This document shows positions 59,199-64,000 of a stretch of DNA of 64,000 bases, piece after piece. Position numbers and translations under genes: made by a program. The stretch is from an uncultured Chloroflexia bacterium (lineage in GTDB: Bacteria > Chloroflexota > Limnocylindria > Limnocylindrales > CSP1-4): NCBI GenBank assembly GCA_963748625.1, contig CAVVJT010000004.1, forward strand, positions 576,001-640,000, written 5' to 3'. Positions within the stretch are counted from its first letter, which is position 1, and the number at the start of each line of letters is the position of its first letter. A model generated the notes under the pieces. It was not told where the DNA came from, did no database searches, and saw nothing but the letters and a program-made list of their open reading frames with translations.

Positions 59199-60548
59199 AT
59201 GACCACGGAGCCACCGCGCGCGCCGAGCGGACCCCCCAGGGAGCCCCCGGCGCCGCCACCGCACCCCGCAGCACCGCCCCCCTCGCCTCCCGAGGCGGCT
59301 CACGGCTGGTACACCGAGCCGCTCGAGACGAGGGAGGTCCGCAAGGCCCGCGAACGGGCGGACCGGGCGTCCCGACGGGCCGACCGGGCATCCCGCCGTG
59401 TCCGCGAGGCGGAGGCGCGCGCCAGTGGCCAGCGGACGGGAGCAAACCAGCTGCTCGATGTGATGGGCGACGCTGCGACGGCAGCCCTGACCGCCGTATC
59501 GGCAGCGGCCGACGAGGCGAATGCGAGGCTCGCGGCGAAGGCCCGGATGCGGGAGCTCGAGCACGCGGTCGCCACCGTGCGGGCGGGCGGGCATGTGGAC
59601 GTGTCGCCGCCCACCCGCGAGGAGGCGCTGAAGCTCGCCGATCGGGTGGATCCCGGATCGGCTGCAGCAACGTTCGTGCGCGGCCTCGGGTTCCTCCTTG
59701 CCGGCATCGCGGCATTCGTGATGATGCTGGTCGGCGGCTTCGGCTGGTTCGGCCTCGTGGTGCCGATCGCGATCATCGTCACCGGCGGCTCGCTTGGGAA
59801 CCGGATCGCGATTGCAGACCGTGGCCGCAAGGCCGGCCGGATCCAGTTCGAGCTCACGAGCGCCCGCCTCGCCGGGGCAGGGCTCGCCGCAGGCCCGGCG
59901 ACCGGGCAGCTGGGCCCGGGCATCCGGCCGGCCGGCGCCCGCCCGGGACAATCACTCGCGGCGGACCCGGTCACGCCACGACCGACGCTGACCGAGGCCG
60001 GCGACCCGCGGACCCGCTCGGAGATCCTGGCCAGGCTCGATCGCCTCATTGCGAACATTCGCGGGCTCATGACGGACAGCGACGTGGCCACGCTCGAGCG
60101 CATCCGCGGCAACGCGGCGCGCGCCCTGCCCGCGACCGACGCGCCCCTCGACCTGGCCGACCACGAGATGTGGCTGCTGCGCCAGACGTGCATCGACTAC
60201 CTGCCGGGCGCCCTCGAGCACTACCTCTCGCTGCCGTCCGACCGCGCCTCGGAGCCGGTGCTCGACGGGCGGTCGGCCCGGCAGGTGCTTGACGAGCAGC
60301 TGGCGCTGATCGAGCGCCGGCTCGACCAGATGGCAACCCGGGCCTACCAGCGACAGGCGGGCGGCCTGCTCACCCACGCGCGGTTCGTTGCCGAGGTCCT
60401 ACGCCCCGACCCGTTCCAAGCGCGCCTGGCGGCGCTCGCCACCACGGTGCCGGTCCCGGAGGTGGACGCCGGCACGGCATCGGTTCACGCTTCCGAAGCG
60501 TCGACGACAATGGACCAGGCTGCCAGCGGGACACGCGAGCATGCCTGA
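59199..60548 (+). CDS. Membrane protein, XpaC-like partner of TelA
   Basis: Two TM helices; C-terminal RQTCIDYLPGALEHYL...QLALIE helical domain; directly upstream of telA. Confidence 0.6.
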   Translation: MTTEPPRAPSGPPREPPAPPPHPAAPPPSPPEAAHGWYTEPLETREVRKARERADRASRRADRASRRVREAEARASGQRTGANQLLDVMGDAATAALTAVSAAADEANARLAAKARMRELEHAVATVRAGGHVDVSPPTREEALKLADRVDPGSAAATFVRGLGFLLAGIAAFVMMLVGGFGWFGLVVPIAIIVTGGSLGNRIAIADRGRKAGRIQFELTSARLAGAGLAAGPATGQLGPGIRPAGARPGQSLAADPVTPRPTLTEAGDPRTRSEILARLDRLIANIRGLMTDSDVATLERIRGNAARALPATDAPLDLADHEMWLLRQTCIDYLPGALEHYLSLPSDRASEPVLDGRSARQVLDEQLALIERRLDQMATRAYQRQAGGLLTHARFVAEVLRPDPFQARLAALATTVPVPEVDAGTASVHASEASTTMDQAASGTREHA

Positions 60549-60573
60549 TCCGAGCGCACAGCAGGAGCCAGTG

Positions 60574-61845
<1,272 letters not shown>

Positions 61846-61945
61846 GCCGGCCGAGACGGCCAGCCGACAGCGTGCATCCACACGACGTTGAACTCCGCGA
61901 GCGCCTGCCGCCGTCATCGCCCGGGGCGCCCGCTCGTCAACAGAA

Positions 61946-61977
61946 GAAACCCCGTCGGCCGGGGCCAACGGGGTTTC
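61946..61977. terminator. Intrinsic (possibly bidirectional) terminator between convergent genes
   Basis: gaaaccccgtcggcc-gg-ggccaacggggtttc. Confidence 0.7.
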
Positions 61978-61998
61978 GTGCGGGATCGTGATCGAGGG

Positions 61999-62331
61999 CT
62001 AGAGGCCGAGGGCCTTCGCCTTGGCGGAAGCGAACTCCTCGTCGGTCAGCATGCCGGCGGCGTGCAGGCTGGCGAGGTTGGAGATCTGCGCCATCACCGG
62101 ATCGACCGGGGCGGCTGCGGGGGCCGCTGCCTCCGCGGGCGCCGGGGCGGCAGCAGCCTGCTGGGCCTGCAGGGCCGCGATCTCGGCCTGCTGGTCGGCG
62201 AGCTGCTGGTTCTGGGCGGCGTTGGCCTGCTGGGCCTGCGCGCTCTTGTTCGCGCTTGAGGCGCCAACGTGTGCCGCGGTGCCGACCACGGCAGCGGTCA
62301 TGAGGAGGCCGGGGCCCCGTCGTCGTCGCAT
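61999..62331 (-). CDS. SHOCT domain-containing small protein
   Basis: C-terminal LASLHAAGMLTDEEFASAKAKAL; Q/A-rich linker. Confidence 0.85.
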   Translation of the reverse strand: MRRRRGPGLLMTAAVVGTAAHVGASSANKSAQAQQANAAQNQQLADQQAEIAALQAQQAAAAPAPAEAAAPAAAPVDPVMAQISNLASLHAAGMLTDEEFASAKAKALGL

Positions 62332-62365
62332 GGGAGGTGGTTCCCTTCTGTCCTGTGGGGACGGG

Positions 62366-62803
62366 CTAGGCGGAGAGGAGGCCGGACTCGAGCTCGGCGT
62401 TGAGCATCTCGAGCGACTCCGGGCGGATGGTCGAGCGCTCGACCAGGAACCCGCCGGCGCTGGTGATCGCGTCCTTGATGCGGACGGCCCAGCGGTGCTC
62501 GAACATGATCACCAGCGCGGAGGTGTTCGGCGCGAGGCCGACGCCGATCGCCTGGATGTCCTCCTCGGTGAGGAGGCCGTTCAAGCCCTCGAGCATGGGC
62601 GCGAAGCCCGCGAACCGGGGGTCCTCCTTGTTGTCGACCTCCAGGACGGTGCACTCGCCGATCTCGTCCTTGCCGATGAAGACGAGGTCCACCAGGGCGA
62701 TCGTTCCCGACTCCACGACTCGCGCGATCTCGTCAGCGATCGAGCCGTTGAAGCGATTGCCCTCGAATCCGATGACGGTGTACTCGAGCGGTCCCAAGAC
62801 CAT
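62366..62803 (-). CDS. DUF6325/DUF1269 family protein
   Basis: LGPLEYTVIGFEG, SGTIALVDL, SALVIMFEHRWA; commonly paired with a SHOCT gene. Confidence 0.78.
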   Translation of the reverse strand: MVLGPLEYTVIGFEGNRFNGSIADEIARVVESGTIALVDLVFIGKDEIGECTVLEVDNKEDPRFAGFAPMLEGLNGLLTEEDIQAIGVGLAPNTSALVIMFEHRWAVRIKDAITSAGGFLVERSTIRPESLEMLNAELESGLLSA

Positions 62804-62916
62804 CGATGCCTCCAGACAGACGCCGGACGCAGCGGTGCGTCCAACAGGGGGCGAGGGTCGACGAAGGCCTGTCTTGCGGACGCCGGGCTCGCGGGGTGAG
62901 TTTACGCCCTGTCCGG

Positions 62917-63600
62917 TCACCCGAGGATGCCGAGCCCATCAAGCGCCTTGGCGAGGAACCACGTGCCGAACACCAGTCCGAGCACGATCATGATCGTCCG
63001 GTTGTAGCGCTGCAGGAGCCCGGTGATCCGGTCCAGCACGGCCGCCGAGCGATCCGGCAGCGCATAGGCGACCCCGAGCACCATCAGGTGGATCGACTCG
63101 GTCAGGGCGACGAACAGGATGAAGGTCATGACGGCCGGCCCGGTGGCCAGTCCCGCAGCACCGATCGCCGCGATGGCGCCGAGCGTGAAGACCCAGAACT
63201 TGACGCCGATCGCGAGCATGCCGACACCCAGGAAGTAGGCCTTCCCCGGCCGGATCCCATCGATCATCGCCATCCACTTTGGCGGCGGCGCGTCCTCGTC
63301 AGGATGCTTGAGCAGCTGCTTGACTGCCGTGACGTAGAACACGATCGCAAGCACGAGCAGCAGCAGGGACACGGCCGTGTCCGGTCCATCGGATGTCGCA
63401 CCGGTGCTGGTCGCGCCGCCGAGCAGGAGCCCGAACACCAGGCCCTGCACCAGGCGGACGGTGGTCATCCCGGCGACCCAGGCGACCGCGGTGATCCGGC
63501 CCGCGCCGGAGCGGAGCAGCAGGACCGTGATGATGATCTGGATCGGGACCAGCGCGCCGCCCACGATCAGCGGAATGAGCGAGGTCCAGAGGTCGGTCAT
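62917..63600 (-). CDS. GAP / Sap (sulfolipid-1-addressing protein) family membrane protein
   Basis: ALVPIQII..LLL, DAPPPKWM, six TM helices. Confidence 0.75.
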   Translation of the reverse strand: MTDLWTSLIPLIVGGALVPIQIIITVLLLRSGAGRITAVAWVAGMTTVRLVQGLVFGLLLGGATSTGATSDGPDTAVSLLLLVLAIVFYVTAVKQLLKHPDEDAPPPKWMAMIDGIRPGKAYFLGVGMLAIGVKFWVFTLGAIAAIGAAGLATGPAVMTFILFVALTESIHLMVLGVAYALPDRSAAVLDRITGLLQRYNRTIMIVLGLVFGTWFLAKALDGLGILG

Positions 63601-63614
63601 GGGAGCACGGGATC

Positions 63615-64000
63615 CTACTCGGCCGCGAGCGCGGCACGCGCCTGCCCGTCGTGGACCGCCGCCCGCTGCGCGGCGTCCAGTTCCGGGTGGAGGTCGATGT
63701 CGATCCGCTCGATCGTGCCCGTGAACGGGAAGCGGTGCGGGTACGGCCCCACGGGCGCACCCGTGTCCACTCCCACGTCGAGCGTCTCGCCGCTCATCGA
63801 GAACAGGAACGGGACGGTCCGATCCAGGCGGCCGGTCGCGACCTCGGCGCCGTCCACGGTGAGCCGAACCGCTCCGCCCTTGCCCAGCCCGCCACCGTCG
63901 TAGTCGAAGGTGACGCCGATCTCGACATCGCCGGGAGGGAGCGGCTCCGCACCCGCGATGCGGGTCAGGATCCGGCCGTAGAGGTTGTAGTAGTAGACGG
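63615..64000 (-). CDS. Arylsulfatase, C-terminal part (5' end outside window)
   Basis: YYYNLYG, FDYDGGGLGKGG, ETLDVGVDTGAPV, FPFTGTIE typical of long arylsulfatase C-termini. Confidence 0.75.
   Translation of the reverse strand, partial: VYYYNLYGRILTRIAGAEPLPPGDVEIGVTFDYDGGGLGKGGAVRLTVDGAEVATGRLDRTVPFLFSMSGETLDVGVDTGAPVGPYPHRFPFTGTIERIDIDLHPELDAAQRAAVHDGQARAALAAE

Overview
High-GC (about 70% by eye) bacterial chromosomal window of about 62 CDSs. No rRNA, tRNA, transposase, integrase or CRISPR array is recognisable. Gene content (F420-dependent fgd, actinobacteria-like PHO boxes, many leaderless genes) suggests a Chloroflexota- or Actinomycetota-like organism (inference). The main feature is a ~27 kb phosphate/polyphosphate super-cluster (26.6-53.4 kb). 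It contains ppk1, a CYTH-CHAD protein, a Ppx/GppA with a long histone-H1-like plus Pro-Glu disordered N-terminus, mgsA, a pseudo-receiver PhoB paralog divergent from pstSCAB-phoU, sixA, GDPD, an EEP phosphatase, a TM-less PhoR-like kinase, pit-DUF47 and a PhoB/RegX3-like regulator. Several 11-nt-period PHO-box arrays are visible, and the cluster is interrupted by proS and a Na+-pumping acyl-CoA decarboxylase operon. Other notable items are a DNA-ligase homolog lacking its catalytic motifs, a ~28-nt-period degenerate repeat tract, and three probable indel frameshifts (likely assembly errors). All calls are from motif recognition by eye; no database searches were run.
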